Shown here: piece by piece, positions 1 through 10,727 of the stretch
How the letters are laid out: each line of letters starts with the position of its first letter
How positions within the stretch are numbered: position 1 is the first letter of the stretch
Assembly (NCBI GenBank): GCA_963737265.1
Contig: CAVTRY010000012.1
Span: 352,001 to 416,000 of the forward strand
Length of the DNA stretch: 64,000 nucleotides
Source: an uncultured delta proteobacterium
Lineage (GTDB): Bacteria; Myxococcota_A; Polyangia; Fen-1088
Direction: 5' to 3'
The notes under the pieces: generated by a model
Told to the model about the DNA's origin: nothing
The model's database searches: none
The model's input: the letters and a program-made list of their open reading frames with translations, nothing else
Made by a program: the position numbers and the translations under genes

Positions 1-209
1 GTGGGCATCATGTCCTTCGGGCACGACTATGATCGGTGGCGGGTGCAGATCGCAGACCTCAGCAATCCAGGTCTTCGACATGTTCATGAGTCAATCTGAG
101 AACCGCTACTACTGTTCCTTCCAAAACAACCTCGGCGCTGCAAATCCTCTTCCCCACGTCTTTGCCTATTGCCTTGGCACACAGTAGGTCTGAGCCTTCG
201 CCCGACAGG

Positions 210-1922
210 ATGAAAGCTCTACACGACGGCGGCACTTTCTCTCCCAAGACAGCGGGCGGCTGGCTCCAGGCCGGCCTTTTCCTGACAGTCCTTGCGGTCT
301 ATTTGCTTGGTGAAGGCCGGACCCCGCCGTACAACGATTCCAAGCTCATCTACACGGTGGCCGAGTCGATAGTGTACCGTCACTCCTTGGCTATCCCAGT
401 CCCGGGTGGCGAGATGCACGCTCCTCACCCCATTCTCTCGTCCGCCATCCATGTTCCGGGGGTCCTTCTTCGCCGGGAGCTCACCAAGTTGGCGCCCAAG
501 GCAGACCGACTCATCAAGCCGATAACCAGTCATCTTGGCAACCAGGTGGTCGCTGCCTTGGGATGCCTGGTGTTCTTTCGACTTCTCGTTCACCTGGGAC
601 TCTCGCTCGGGGCAGCTAGCTTGGGCACGCTTCTCCTCGCTTTTGCGACGATGTTGCCGATTTACGCCAGGACGGCCTGGTCTGAAACGCTTCAGGCTAC
701 CTGCTATATAGGCTTTTTCTCGGCGCTGGTGCGCCTAAAGGATCATCCGGCGCGCAAGACGGGCCTTTGGTTTGGCGTCTGGACGGGGCTGCTAATCAAC
801 TCGAAGTATGCGTTCGCGCTGGTATTGCCGGGAGCTTTGCTTTTTCTTGGTCTTTACGCTTGGAAAGCCAAGCGCATCCGCGCGCTCCTCGGTGCTTGTC
901 TTTGGCCGGTCGTGCCGGGCGTGTGTCTTCTTGCCGTAATGCTTTGGTATAACTGGGCACGAAGCGGCGCGGCCACGAACAGCGGCTATCCTACCATCGC
1001 GGGACTCTCCGAAAGCGTCCTTCGCGAAGATCTCTTTGTGGGCCTTTGGTCCTATCTGTTCTCGTTCGGGAAGAGCATCTTTCTCTATAGTCCGCCTCTG
1101 TTGTTGAGTGTCTGGGCACTTCCTCTTGTGGCAAGGCGATACGCCTCGGTCCTGTGGGCCTTCACGCTGACCGCCGGACCCGTGATCTGTCTCTACAGTA
1201 AATTTGTTCACTGGAGTGGCGATTGGTGCTGGGGGCCGCGCTACCTTCTATTCTTGGTTCCGGCTGCGCTGATTCCCGCTGCCTATCTCATCGACGATTG
1301 TCTCGGCAGCCGCCGACGAATGGCTCTTGCAGCTTGCGCCGTGCTTTTTGTGATAGGCGTTTGGGTGCAGGTTGTCGGTGCGAGCCAATACTGGGACATC
1401 TATATTCGAGTTAGCAAAGCTGCCCAGGCGCAATGGCTCGGGTCTCCCAATCGAGCCGGCGCCTCCACACCGGATCACGGTGGCGCATGCGATCCCTGCT
1501 TCGAGGATTTCTACGCCAGGAACTATGCGCCCCCGTTTCAGCCGATCGGCGTGCAGTCGTGGTATCTGAAGCACCACCTCTGGTCCGATCCGTGGGCCGT
1601 CGCAGTCAAAGACGTTCCGTTCAGACGCTACACTACCCTGGAATTTCCCGCTGTTCGCCAGTGGTACGAGAAGCCCCCCTGGGATTGGTGGAAGCTCGAC
1701 TTTGTCGGCCCCTATCGCCGGGCCGGCAATTGTCTGTTGGCGGCCTTCTTGACCGGGATCTTGGCGGGTTCCGTGCTGTGGATTCGCGGGTTGCGAACCG
1801 CCACGGCACCTTCATCAACAGCTTGCCCATCTGGCTCGACGCCCCTTTGGCCGCGTCTTCGGGGGCTTCTTGGAAGACAGTATGGCCGTCTCCGGGACCG
1901 CCTTTTGGGCCGAGGTCGATGA
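210..1922 (+). CDS. Polytopic membrane glycosyltransferase (GT-C/ArnT-PMT-like)
   Basis: Long ORF with many hydrophobic helices and WSGDWCWGPRYL motif typical of GT-C-like membrane proteins; ATG 210 chosen as start. Confidence 0.6.
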   Translation: MKALHDGGTFSPKTAGGWLQAGLFLTVLAVYLLGEGRTPPYNDSKLIYTVAESIVYRHSLAIPVPGGEMHAPHPILSSAIHVPGVLLRRELTKLAPKADRLIKPITSHLGNQVVAALGCLVFFRLLVHLGLSLGAASLGTLLLAFATMLPIYARTAWSETLQATCYIGFFSALVRLKDHPARKTGLWFGVWTGLLINSKYAFALVLPGALLFLGLYAWKAKRIRALLGACLWPVVPGVCLLAVMLWYNWARSGAATNSGYPTIAGLSESVLREDLFVGLWSYLFSFGKSIFLYSPPLLLSVWALPLVARRYASVLWAFTLTAGPVICLYSKFVHWSGDWCWGPRYLLFLVPAALIPAAYLIDDCLGSRRRMALAACAVLFVIGVWVQVVGASQYWDIYIRVSKAAQAQWLGSPNRAGASTPDHGGACDPCFEDFYARNYAPPFQPIGVQSWYLKHHLWSDPWAVAVKDVPFRRYTTLEFPAVRQWYEKPPWDWWKLDFVGPYRRAGNCLLAAFLTGILAGSVLWIRGLRTATAPSSTACPSGSTPLWPRLRGLLGRQYGRLRDRLLGRGR

Positions 1923-2083
1923 TGTAGATCACGTTCGCGCAAGAAACCAGACCGCAGGACAGACGGCGGGCTTTTCCTCGCGGCGTAGTGCGCTCTGTCG
2001 CATCGAGCCTGGCGGCGGGCTGGGGTTGGGGGAGACGACCCGATTCCAGCTGCCGGCGCCGCGTGGTACGTTCGCCGCACGCG

Positions 2084-2188
2084 ATGACGGTGGATCTCTT
2101 CAACTACGACAACCGGGGCTACCACCCTGGGGGTGGCGCGGTCGTGCGCCTGCGCCTGTTCGGCGCGCGCGTCGGCGCCGGCGTTTAG
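2084..2188 (+). pseudogene. Internally deleted relic of a WcaF-like acetyltransferase
   Basis: MTVDLFNYDNRGYHPGGGAVVRL|RLFGARVGAGV* matches two separated blocks of the 19576-20136 protein (MTVNLSNYDNRGYHPGRGLFVRL...LRLFGARIGAGV). Confidence 0.8.
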
Positions 2189-2194
2189 CGATCC

Positions 2195-3425
2195 ATGCCG
2201 CGCCTGATCTTCGTCAATCGCTTCTTTCATCCCGATCACTCGGCCACCAGCCAGCTTCTTGGCGATCTGGCCTTTCATCTCGCCCGGGCCGGGTTCGACG
2301 TCCACGTCGTCGCCAGCCGGCAGATCTACGACGATGCTTCGCGCGACCTGGAGAAGCACGAAAGCGTCCGCGGCGTGCAAGTGCACCGGGTGTGGGCGAC
2401 GCGTTTCGGCCGCGGCCGGCTGCTTCTGCGCGCCATCGACTATCTCAGCTTTTACCTCGGCGCCACGGCGAAGCTCGCGGCCCTTGCAAGTTCCGGCACG
2501 GTGGTGATCGCCGAAACCGATCCGCCGCTGCTATCGGTGCCATCCGCCGCCATCGCCCGCCTGAGGCGCGCCATCTCGATCAACTGGACCCAGGATCTCT
2601 TCCCCGAGATCGCCGAGAGCCTCGGCGTTCCCGGCATCGCGCTGGTCGCCCCGCTGCTGCGCCGGCTACGCAATTTCTCGCTCAGCTCGGCGCACGCCAA
2701 CGTCGTGCTCAGCGACGGCATGAGCCTGCGCCTGCGCGCAGAAGGCGTTGCCCAAGACAAGATCGACGTCATTCACAACTGGTCGCCAGTCGAGACCGCA
2801 TCGCCGTCGGCGCAGATTTCCGCCAACCCGCTGCGCGCGGAATGGGGGCTTGGCCAGAAATTCGTGGTCGGGTATTCCGGCAACTTCGGCCGCGCGCACG
2901 ACTTCGCCACCGTGCTCGATGCCGCGGCGGCGCTGCGCGACCTGCCCCACGTCCATTTCCTGTTGGTTGGCGCCGGCGCCCAGCTCGCGTGGGTGCAAGA
3001 ACGGGTGGCCACCCTGGCTTTGCGCAACGTCAGCTTTCAGCCCTACCAGCCGCTCAACCGTCTGGCGCTCAGTCTCGCCGTGCCCGATCTGCACCTCGTT
3101 TCCCTCAAGCCCGAGCTCGAAGGGCTGATCGTACCGAGCAAATTCTACGCCGTGCTGGCGGCCGGCCGACCCGTGCTTTTCGTCGGCGATGCCAAGGGCG
3201 AGATGGCCAGGCAAATCGAGGCAGCCGATTGCGGGCGAGCATTTCCGGTCGGCGCGCACGTTCGAGCTCGCAGCCGCGATTCGCGACCTCGACGGGCGGC
3301 CCAGCGAGGTCGCCGAAATGGGCCAACGCGCGCGCGGACTGTGGGCCGCGCGTTTCCAACGCAAGCACGCGCTGGCGGCGTGGCAGGCGCTCTTGACCCG
3401 AGTGTCCGCCAGCGCGAAGGGATGA
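2195..3425 (+). CDS. Glycosyltransferase family 4 (WcaI-like), apparent frameshift near 3258
   Basis: NRFFHPDHSATSQL, YSGNFGRAH and PSKFY motifs; the natural C-terminus (ELAAAIRDL...EMGQRARGL) continues in the 3189-3425 frame. Confidence 0.8.
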
Positions 3426-3487
3426 CCGGCAGCGATGTTACTTTGTCTGATTCCGAACACTCCTCCTTTTTCTGCTAGGCTAGGGAC

Positions 3488-4105
3488 ATGCCCCGGCCCA
3501 CTGCAGAGCAGTTTGAAGATCGTTTTGCGGTCGGGCTGACCCTCGACCACCTCTGGAGCGAAACCATGGGGTTGCCCGTAGACGACAAGGAGAAGGTATT
3601 GGCCAGCCTTGTGGAGGTACTGCAATCCACGGGAACCCCCTACGCGGTTGTCGGTGGGGTTGCCGCGCAGCTCTACACAGAGGAGCCACGCACCACGGCC
3701 GATCTCGACGTTGCCCTTCGCTCGCACGACGATCTTCCAAGGGAAAGGCTTGAGGCGGCCGGTTTCAGTCCCGACGGCGTCTACCAATGGTCGGAAAACT
3801 GGAGAGGCCCGGCCCCGGCGGGAGCTCCCCGCAAGCGACGGGTGGCAGTCCGGTTTTCGAGCGGCCATCTCATGATCGCGGCGGTAGCGCATGCCGAGAA
3901 GGCGAGCGTGGGGCGCATTTCATTTCAGCTCGTGACGATGCCCGATCTGATTCTGTTGAAGCTGGAGGCAGCGGAAGAGCCCAAGAGGCGGATGAGCAAG
4001 AAGATCCACGATGTAGGCGACGTGGTCCGTCTTCTCGAAGATCATCCCGAACTGGACTCACCAGAGATCCGGGCGCGTCTGAGTCGGCTCAGATCTGCTT
4101 TTTAG
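3488..4105 (+). CDS. Nucleotidyltransferase-fold protein (AbiEii/DUF6036-like)
   Basis: YAVVGGVA...PRTTADLDV and DLILLKL motifs. Confidence 0.65.
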   Translation: MPRPTAEQFEDRFAVGLTLDHLWSETMGLPVDDKEKVLASLVEVLQSTGTPYAVVGGVAAQLYTEEPRTTADLDVALRSHDDLPRERLEAAGFSPDGVYQWSENWRGPAPAGAPRKRRVAVRFSSGHLMIAAVAHAEKASVGRISFQLVTMPDLILLKLEAAEEPKRRMSKKIHDVGDVVRLLEDHPELDSPEIRARLSRLRSAF

Positions 4106-4177
4106 TATTTGCGCCGCCGGAGAGCCGGGTGCCAGCGCTCTTGCCATTTCTAAGGTTGCACTTTAGATTTGTCCACC

Positions 4178-5353
4178 ATGGGCAAGCTCATCCCGAGACG
4201 GCTGATCGCCGTTGCCAATGCCGCCAGTCGCGGTTTTCCGGCCGTGCTGCTCACGGGACCGCGGCGAAGCGGCAAGACCACGCTGCTACGTCTGATGCGG
4301 CCGAAGGCCGACTATCGCTTGCTGGAGGATCCCGACACCCTGGCCCAAGTACGCGACGACCCACGCGGCTTCCTCGACGGTTTGCGCTTTCCCGTCATCC
4401 TCGACGAGATCCAGAATGCGCCAGAGCTTCTGCCCTACATCCGCAGTCGCATTGATGAGACGCCGGAACGCAAGGGACGCTGGCTTTTGACCGGTTCCCA
4501 GGAGGCGCCTTTGATGAAAGGTGTTACCGAGAGCATGGCGGGGCGTGTGGCTGTGTTCCAGTTGCTGCCGTTCTCTCACCAGGAAAACGCGAAGGTTTCG
4601 CCCTTCCTGGGCGGGTTTCCCGAGGTTTTGGCCCGTCCCTCGTTGGCCGAAGCCTGGTTTCGTTCCTACGTGCAGACGTATTTGGAACGGGACGTGCGTG
4701 CCGTAAGCGGCATCCGCGATCTCGCCATCTTCCGTCGCTTCCTCGGTTTGCTCGCCACGCGCGCGGGACAAGTGCTCAACAAGACGGATCTGGCCGGGCC
4801 GCTCGGCGTGTCGGTTCCAACCGTGGACACATGGATTGGGATCCTGGAAGTTACGGGCCTGCTACTTCTGGCCCAACCGTTCACTGAAAACTTTGGCAAG
4901 CGACTGACCAAGTCGCCCAAGATCTACTTCAGCGACACGGGGCTGGTCTGCCACTTGCTGGGGCTGCGTAGCGCGGCCGAATTGGCGCGCTCGCCATTTC
5001 GAGGGCCCATGTTCGAGAACCACGTGGCGTGCGAAATCGTCAAGGCCCAGCAGCACCACGGGCGGCGGCGCGAACTCTACTTTCTGCGCGACAAGACCGG
5101 CGTCGAGGTGGATTTCGCCGTGCCCACCGGCGCGCGCCGTTTGGCGCTGGTCGAGGCGAAGACCACTCGCACGATCTTGCCAAAGATGGGCCGCCCGATG
5201 CGCCTGTTCATGGAGGCGGCCAATGCCTACGAGTGTCACGGGTGGATCGTTCACCCAGGGCCAGACCTGCCTGGGTTCAGCGGCGCTGGCGAAGGCGTGC
5301 GCACCTGCTCGGCCGACTCCATCGCCAGCACGATTCTTGGGCTACGGGCGTAG
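4178..5353 (+). CDS. AAA_14 ATPase with DUF4143 domain (ATPase 1)
   Basis: Walker A GPRRSGKT, ILDEIQ, TGS, ESMAGR, TYLERD, KSPKIY, EVDF...VEAK. Confidence 0.9.
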   Translation: MGKLIPRRLIAVANAASRGFPAVLLTGPRRSGKTTLLRLMRPKADYRLLEDPDTLAQVRDDPRGFLDGLRFPVILDEIQNAPELLPYIRSRIDETPERKGRWLLTGSQEAPLMKGVTESMAGRVAVFQLLPFSHQENAKVSPFLGGFPEVLARPSLAEAWFRSYVQTYLERDVRAVSGIRDLAIFRRFLGLLATRAGQVLNKTDLAGPLGVSVPTVDTWIGILEVTGLLLLAQPFTENFGKRLTKSPKIYFSDTGLVCHLLGLRSAAELARSPFRGPMFENHVACEIVKAQQHHGRRRELYFLRDKTGVEVDFAVPTGARRLALVEAKTTRTILPKMGRPMRLFMEAANAYECHGWIVHPGPDLPGFSGAGEGVRTCSADSIASTILGLRA

Positions 5354-5605
5354 CGAGGGGAGGGACGTGGGTTCCTGCTTTCGTCGACTGCGAATCACGT
5401 TCGCGCCAGGAACCAGGCGGCGGGATAGACGGCGGGCGTGCCCCGGACCGCAGCGAGGGGATTGGGCAAATTCCGCACGAGCTGGATTGAATGCGCCGGG
5501 CGGAGGCGCTCGTCGAAGTCTACACAACCATGGAATAGGGTCTAGACTATTTTTCAGCCATATGAACAACGGGGCGAGGATGCGAGTTCACGGTCGATAT
5601 CCTTG

Positions 5606-5656
5606 CCTCTCCCCGACGGGGCGAGGCCGCCGACGTCCGCGTCGGCGGGTGAGGGG
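5606..5656 (-). repeat. REP-like double hairpin, divergent relative of the 44.8-57.6 kb repeat family
   Basis: Reverse complement reads cccctcacc-hairpin-cctcgcccc-hairpin-ggggagagg, the same architecture as the other copies. Confidence 0.55.
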
Positions 5657-5876
5657 CCGCCGTTAGCTATCCCAGAAGGGGCCCGGAGTCGGCGCTGGTT
5701 GCCGGCTGCTGTCCCGCGCGTCGACGGGAGAGGCTCTCGACGACTTGGCAGCGGTCCGCGGCGATCGAGGATAGCCTGCGACACGCCTGGTTGATTATCT
5801 ATATATAGTGAGATATTTATCTCTGTAGCGACTCGAGCAGGAACGAAGGTTTCTTCAGGTATTGGCCGGTTCGGTC

Positions 5877-6004
5877 GGTACGACCGTGTCGATCTAGACA
5901 TCGTGTGGTCCGTGGTCGTTGCAGACCTTCCGCCCCTGGTGGCGCGGCTGGCGGAAATCGCGGCCCGGCGCTGAGCGACGGCTTTCACGTCAGCGCCATG
6001 GACG
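5877..6004 (+). repeat. Duplicated 3' end and downstream sequence of the HepT gene at 22807-22934
   Basis: Near-identical nucleotide match with a few substitutions. Confidence 0.9.
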
Positions 6005-6009
6005 GTAGT

Positions 6010-6067
6010 GCGCGCCTGACGAGCAAGCGGTAGACGCCGCGGAGCCTGGTCCCCGCCCTGGGCTCAC
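6010..6067 (+). repeat. Duplicated 3' end of the GT4 gene (21282-21341)
   Basis: gcgcgcctgacgagcaagcggtag...ccccgccctgggctcac occurs at both sites. Confidence 0.9.
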
Positions 6068-6107
6068 AGGCTTGCATTTTGACCATAGGGTGCTCAGAAT
6101 GCAGACC

Positions 6108-7301
6108 ATGGCCGCTGCTCGGACGATCCGTCGCAGGACCCTGCTTGCCGAGGTTCGCTCGCGGCTGCAACACAATCCCATCGTCACCATCCTGGGGCCC
6201 CGGCAGTGCGGGAAAACGACCGTGGCGCGCTGGCTTGCCAAGGAAAGCCGCGCCCATTTCTTCGACCTCGAAGACCCCGCGGACCGCCGCGCGCTCGCCG
6301 AACCCAAGACCGTGCTTGCCCCCCTGTCCGGCCTGGTGGTCATCGATGAGGCCCATCTGCGTCCCGATCTCTTCCCCGTCCTCCGCGTCCTGGCGGACAG
6401 ACGCCCAAATCCGTCGCGATTCCTGCTGACCGGCAGCGCCTCTCCCCATCTCGTGCGCGGCACATCGGAATCGCTTGCCGGACGCGTGGGGTTCGTCGAG
6501 ATGGGTGGCTTCGATCTGGATGAAGTGGGCAATCGATCCATGAGGACGCTTTGGGCGCGCGGCGGTTTTCCCCGCTCCTTCCTCGCGGGCACCGATGCGG
6601 AGAGTTGGCGTTGGCGGGACGGTTTTATCCAGACCTTCCTCGAGAGGGATCTGCGCCAGTACGGCGTCGAAGTGCCGCCGGTCAGGCTCAGCCGCTTGTG
6701 GCAGATGCTGGCGCACTGCCACGGCCAGATTTGGAATGCCTCGGAGATCGGCCGCTCCCTTGGCGAAGCCCACACCACGGTTAAGCGTCACCTCGATATC
6801 CTGACCGGAGCCCTCGTCGTGCGGCAATTGCAGCCCTGGTTTCAGAATCTCGGCAAGCGCCTGGTGAAGTCGCCCAAAGTATTCGTGCGCGACTCGGGTC
6901 TGCTGCACGCACTGCTTGGCCTGGCCGACGTGCGCGCGGTGGAAGGCCACCCCAAGCTGGGCGCCTCGTGGGAAGGGTTTGTCATCGAGGAAATCCTTCG
7001 CATCACCGGCGACCGCGCGGCCTGGTTCTGGGGCACGCAAGGACTGAGCGAGCTCGATCTCCTCGTGCGCTGGCAGGGCAAGTTGCTCGGCTTTGAAATG
7101 AAGTACGGCGACGCGCCTACCATGACCAAGTCGCTTCACGTTGCCATGCAAGACCTCGACTTGGAACACGCCTTCATTGTGTATCCCGGCACCAAGATCT
7201 ATCCCGTCGCCGACCGAGTCACCGCCATTCCCCTGCCCGATCTGCGCCTCCGTTTGCGGTCGCCGGGCCGCAATTGGGCTAGACTGCGATCGCCATGGTG
7301 A
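6108..7301 (+). CDS. AAA_14 ATPase with DUF4143 domain (ATPase 2)
   Basis: GPRQCGKT, VIDEAH, ESLAGR, TFLERD, KSPKVF, ELDL...FEMK. Confidence 0.9.
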   Translation: MAAARTIRRRTLLAEVRSRLQHNPIVTILGPRQCGKTTVARWLAKESRAHFFDLEDPADRRALAEPKTVLAPLSGLVVIDEAHLRPDLFPVLRVLADRRPNPSRFLLTGSASPHLVRGTSESLAGRVGFVEMGGFDLDEVGNRSMRTLWARGGFPRSFLAGTDAESWRWRDGFIQTFLERDLRQYGVEVPPVRLSRLWQMLAHCHGQIWNASEIGRSLGEAHTTVKRHLDILTGALVVRQLQPWFQNLGKRLVKSPKVFVRDSGLLHALLGLADVRAVEGHPKLGASWEGFVIEEILRITGDRAAWFWGTQGLSELDLLVRWQGKLLGFEMKYGDAPTMTKSLHVAMQDLDLEHAFIVYPGTKIYPVADRVTAIPLPDLRLRLRSPGRNWARLRSPW

Positions 7302-7645
7302 CAGCAAGCGAGTTGGCCCGTACCTTGCGCGCGCGTTCGGCGGAACGACACGCGAAGGCCGAGGCTCGCGCCAAGCGACTGCGCGGAAAGCTTCCCCTAG
7401 CGGCGAGCCTGCTCGTCGAGCGGTACCGGGCAAGCCGGGTGATCCTCTTCGGCTCGCTTGCGACCGGCACCCACGACGAGCACAGCGATGTCGATCTGGC
7501 GGTCGAGGGCCTGCCGTCCGCCGTCTACTTTCACGCCTTGGCCGATCTGATGGGTCTGTTTGCCGGACCGGTGGATTTGGTGCGCATCGAGGAAGCCTTG
7601 CCCAGCCTGCTCGATCGCATCCGAGAAGAAGGGCAAGCGCTATGA
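7295..7645 (+). CDS. Minimal nucleotidyltransferase (MNT) antitoxin
   Basis: GSLATGTHDEHSDVDL = GSX10DXD; ATGA coupling to the downstream HEPN gene. Confidence 0.85.
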   Translation: MVTASELARTLRARSAERHAKAEARAKRLRGKLPLAASLLVERYRASRVILFGSLATGTHDEHSDVDLAVEGLPSAVYFHALADLMGLFAGPVDLVRIEEALPSLLDRIREEGQAL

Positions 7646-8115
7646 GCCCACGCCTACAGCGGCTGCGTGCCGAGGTCGCCAGCGACCTGCGGGTGTTCGC
7701 GAGCAGGGTGGAAATACTCGCCTCGCTGCCCCAGCTTGCAGTTGCCGATCGGCCCACGCTCGCCGAAGCCGCCGTGGCACTCCACCATGCCTACGGCGCC
7801 ATCGAATCCGCGCTGTCTCGCATCGCCCGAATCGTCGACGACGGCCTTCCCGAAGGTTCCGACTGGCATCAGGCGCTGCTGCACACCATGGCCCTCGCCA
7901 TCGATGAGGTTCGGCCGGCTGTCTTGCGGCCCAAGACACGCTCCCTTTTGCAGCGTCTTCTCGGTTTTCGACACTTCTTCCGTCACGCCTACGCCATCGA
8001 TCTGGATGGCGCCCGCCTGGATGACCTGCGCTCTTGCGCGGTCGCGGTTCTGCCGCTGCTCAGCGAAGACCTTCGGCAATTCGACGAGTTCCTTGCCGAG
8101 GTAGGCAAGGGGTAG
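7642..8115 (+). CDS. HEPN (HepT-like) RNase toxin
   Basis: RHFFRHAY = RX4HXY motif; follows an MNT gene. Confidence 0.85.
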   Translation: MSPRLQRLRAEVASDLRVFASRVEILASLPQLAVADRPTLAEAAVALHHAYGAIESALSRIARIVDDGLPEGSDWHQALLHTMALAIDEVRPAVLRPKTRSLLQRLLGFRHFFRHAYAIDLDGARLDDLRSCAVAVLPLLSEDLRQFDEFLAEVGKG

Positions 8116-8119
8116 CGCC

Positions 8120-8897
8120 CCGGTCGTGGTGGTGACGGGAGCGCGGCAGACCGGCAAGAGCACGCTGGTGCGCCACCTGGCGCCCAAGGCCGACTACCTG
8201 ACGCTTGACTTGACGATGTCGATGTCATGGAGCGGGCGCGGCACGAGCCAGACGCACTATTGCGCCAGCCTGGGCCTATCATTCTGGACGAAGTGCAGCG
8301 CTCGCCGGATCTCCTGCTCGCCGTCAAGCGAGCGGTGGATGCTCGCCGTCGCCCAGGCCGCTTCATCCTCACCGGCTCTGCCAGCCTGCTGCTCATGAGA
8401 TCGGTTTCCGAGTCTTTGGCCGGTCGTGCACTCCATCTCACCCTGTGGCCGATGACCCGCCGGGAACAGCTGGGCCTTGGTACGGCTGGCCTGTGGGGGA
8501 GCCTGTTTCGCACGCCAGATAAGGATTGGCCGGATCTCCTCCGCGCCAGCACGGCTCCGCGCGAGGATTGGCGCGAGCTGGCACGGCGGGGCGGCTACCC
8601 GACTCCGGCGCACACCCTCACCGATCTGGATTCGCGACGGCAATGGTTTGCCGGCTACACACAGACCTACCTTGAAAGGGATCTGCGCGATCTGTCGGTG
8701 GTTGCCTCGCTGGTGGACTTTCGCCGGCTGATGCGGGCTGCGTGCCTGCGTCTGGGCAACCTGGCCAACCAAACCGAGCTAGGACGGGACGTGGGGCTTC
8801 CGCAACCTACGGTTCACAGGCATCTCGCGTTGATGGAAGTATCGCACCAACTTGTCCGCGTTTCTGCCTATGCGGTGAACCGGACCAAGCGTCTCAT
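8120..8897 (+). pseudogene. Truncated near-identical copy of ATPase 3 (12944-13716)
   Basis: About 780-bp direct repeat lacking both ends, with a ttgac duplication causing a frameshift near 8205. Confidence 0.9.
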
Positions 8898-9192
8898 GGA
8901 TGTCTGTGGCACCGACCGCGCCTGTTCGATCGCCTTCCACGGAGATCGGTCTTGATCTCGCGCTATCTGCACCATTTCCGCAATCACCCCGGGTCGACTG
9001 GTGTCCTTCCTCTTGATGAAGATACGGCTTTGCGTGCCGGCCTGTCCGGTTTGCACGCCTTCAAGGGCGGCAAAGGATCTCCGATGCCAGCGACCAACTG
9101 GGGCGAGTCTCGCTGGCATCCACCCCCTGGATGCCATGGGCGTCGTATTTCCCTCGCCCATGGCATCCAGGACAAGGTGGATGGAATGAAGA

Positions 9193-9705
9193 TCAGGGCC
9201 GTATTTTTTCGGGCGGTGCTGGCGACTCACTGGCGGGTGGCGTTGGCGGCGGGGGCACAACGCCGGGTGGCCACGGCGGTGGCCCGCCGCCGGGCAGAAG
9301 CATGAATCCAGGTCCTCCTGGTGACGGCCCGCCGCCTGGAGGCATGGGCGGGCGATGGGCCTTCATTTCGTCGAGAATCTTGATCTGCTCCGGGGTCAAG
9401 ATTTCGCGCAACTCCCTCTCCATTTGCTCGTTGATGGCCTGCACCTTGGGAAAGTTCGCTCGCAAGATGGCTTCAAGTTGTGGACGATACCGTTCGGTGA
9501 TGGCGTACGCCTTCGTCTCCTGTTCAGGCGTGAGCTTGAGGGCACCGGGTGGCCCGGGCAAAAAGGGCACCGGTCGTGGTGGGGGCAGCGGCATCCGGTT
9601 CCAGTGCGAGAGCCCGGTGCCCGCAACCGCTCCGAACAGAAAGGTTCCGAAGACAAGAAGCGCCGTGAGCAGCCGGACTTGGCGTGGAGAGCGTTCGGTG
9701 GTCAC
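9193..9705 (-). CDS. Membrane-anchored Spy/CpxP-like periplasmic protein, Pro/Gly-rich tail
   Basis: N-terminal TM helix, LKLTPEQ and ILTPEQ motifs; downstream of an anti-sigma gene. Confidence 0.6.
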   Translation of the reverse strand: MTTERSPRQVRLLTALLVFGTFLFGAVAGTGLSHWNRMPLPPPRPVPFLPGPPGALKLTPEQETKAYAITERYRPQLEAILRANFPKVQAINEQMERELREILTPEQIKILDEMKAHRPPMPPGGGPSPGGPGFMLLPGGGPPPWPPGVVPPPPTPPASESPAPPEKIRP

Positions 9706-10037
9706 TGGTCACCTCCTAAAGTTCCGAAGAGGTCGCTGGGTTCAGGGATGCGGTTGTTCGCGGCCCAATTGGCCAAGGTCAGCGCCGGGGGATGCTGCAC
9801 GGATGCAACCGTCTTGGATCGGTTCGCGGCTAGGAAGCCTGCCGTCCACGCCACGATGCTTAGTCCCGCTGCCACGACCAGAACTGGGCGCGCCCAGCGC
9901 AGCAGTTGCTGTTCGATGGACAGGCGCTTGCGACGTTCAGCCAGGGCCTTGACCACCAATGCGTCGATGGTTCTCGACCAGCGCAGTTCGTTGCGGCTCG
10001 GATCGATCACCGAGAAGTCAATGCGTCTATCCTCCAT
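9702..10037 (-). CDS. Putative membrane anti-sigma factor
   Basis: Small single-TM protein overlapping the ECF sigma gene end. Confidence 0.55.
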   Translation of the reverse strand: MEDRRIDFSVIDPSRNELRWSRTIDALVVKALAERRKRLSIEQQLLRWARPVLVVAAGLSIVAWTAGFLAANRSKTVASVQHPPALTLANWAANNRIPEPSDLFGTLGGDQ

Positions 10038-10593
10038 GGTTTTCCTCATGTTCCCCGTCGGGCAAGTCGTCACCGAGTTTCTCTCGCAGAATCTGGCGGG
10101 CTTTGAAAAGGTGTTGGCGCGAATTGACCTCGGATATGTCGAGGACTTCCGCGATTTCCTTGTGCGTCCAGTCTTCCAGGTCGTGCAGAAGTACCACTAC
10201 GCGGTTTTCTTCGTCGAGAGCTGCCAAAGCTGAAAGCAATGCCTCGCGCATGCCCACCGATTCGGGCGGGCCAGTGAAGAATTCAAGAACTCTCGCGCTT
10301 TCCGGGGCGACATCGCGCAGCCGCCGACTGTCGAGGAAATTGCGCGCGCGGTTGCGCACGATTTGGAACAGCCAGGCGGCAAAACGCTGGGGCTCGCGAC
10401 ATGTGTCAAGAGACTGGAACGCTTTCAAGAATGCTTCCTGGGCCACGTCTTCTGCGTCCGCGGGTCGACCCACGACCGACAGCGCAATCGCATATCCCGG
10501 CCGCAGATAGGCTCGCACCAATTCCGCGAACGCCACTGCCTCGCCTTGCTGGGCGCGGCGAACGACGTCCGCGGTTGCATCATGGGTCAGCAC
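10027..10593 (-). CDS. ECF RNA polymerase sigma-70 factor
   Basis: AEDVAQEAFLKA, FAAWLFQIVRN and KEIAEVLDIS (regions 2 and 4). Confidence 0.92.
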   Translation of the reverse strand: MLTHDATADVVRRAQQGEAVAFAELVRAYLRPGYAIALSVVGRPADAEDVAQEAFLKAFQSLDTCREPQRFAAWLFQIVRNRARNFLDSRRLRDVAPESARVLEFFTGPPESVGMREALLSALAALDEENRVVVLLHDLEDWTHKEIAEVLDISEVNSRQHLFKARQILREKLGDDLPDGEHEENHGG

Positions 10594-10727
10594 GATCGAT
10601 GGACTCTGTAGCAGAAGACAGCCAACGAGTCATGATCGTTACAAAGACGAAGTCGGAACGTGACGGAGAAATCGCTCCTGGCCAAGGCGCCTGTTTGGCC
10701 TGTCAGGAGCGATTCTTCCGGTACTGG

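Noticed and set aside
5985-7757. Long antisense or alternate-frame ORFs (also 1870-3396, 20289-21914, 59925-61613, 60946-62388)
   Set aside because: Shadow ORFs of real genes in high-GC DNA with Arg/Ala-rich, motif-free translations.
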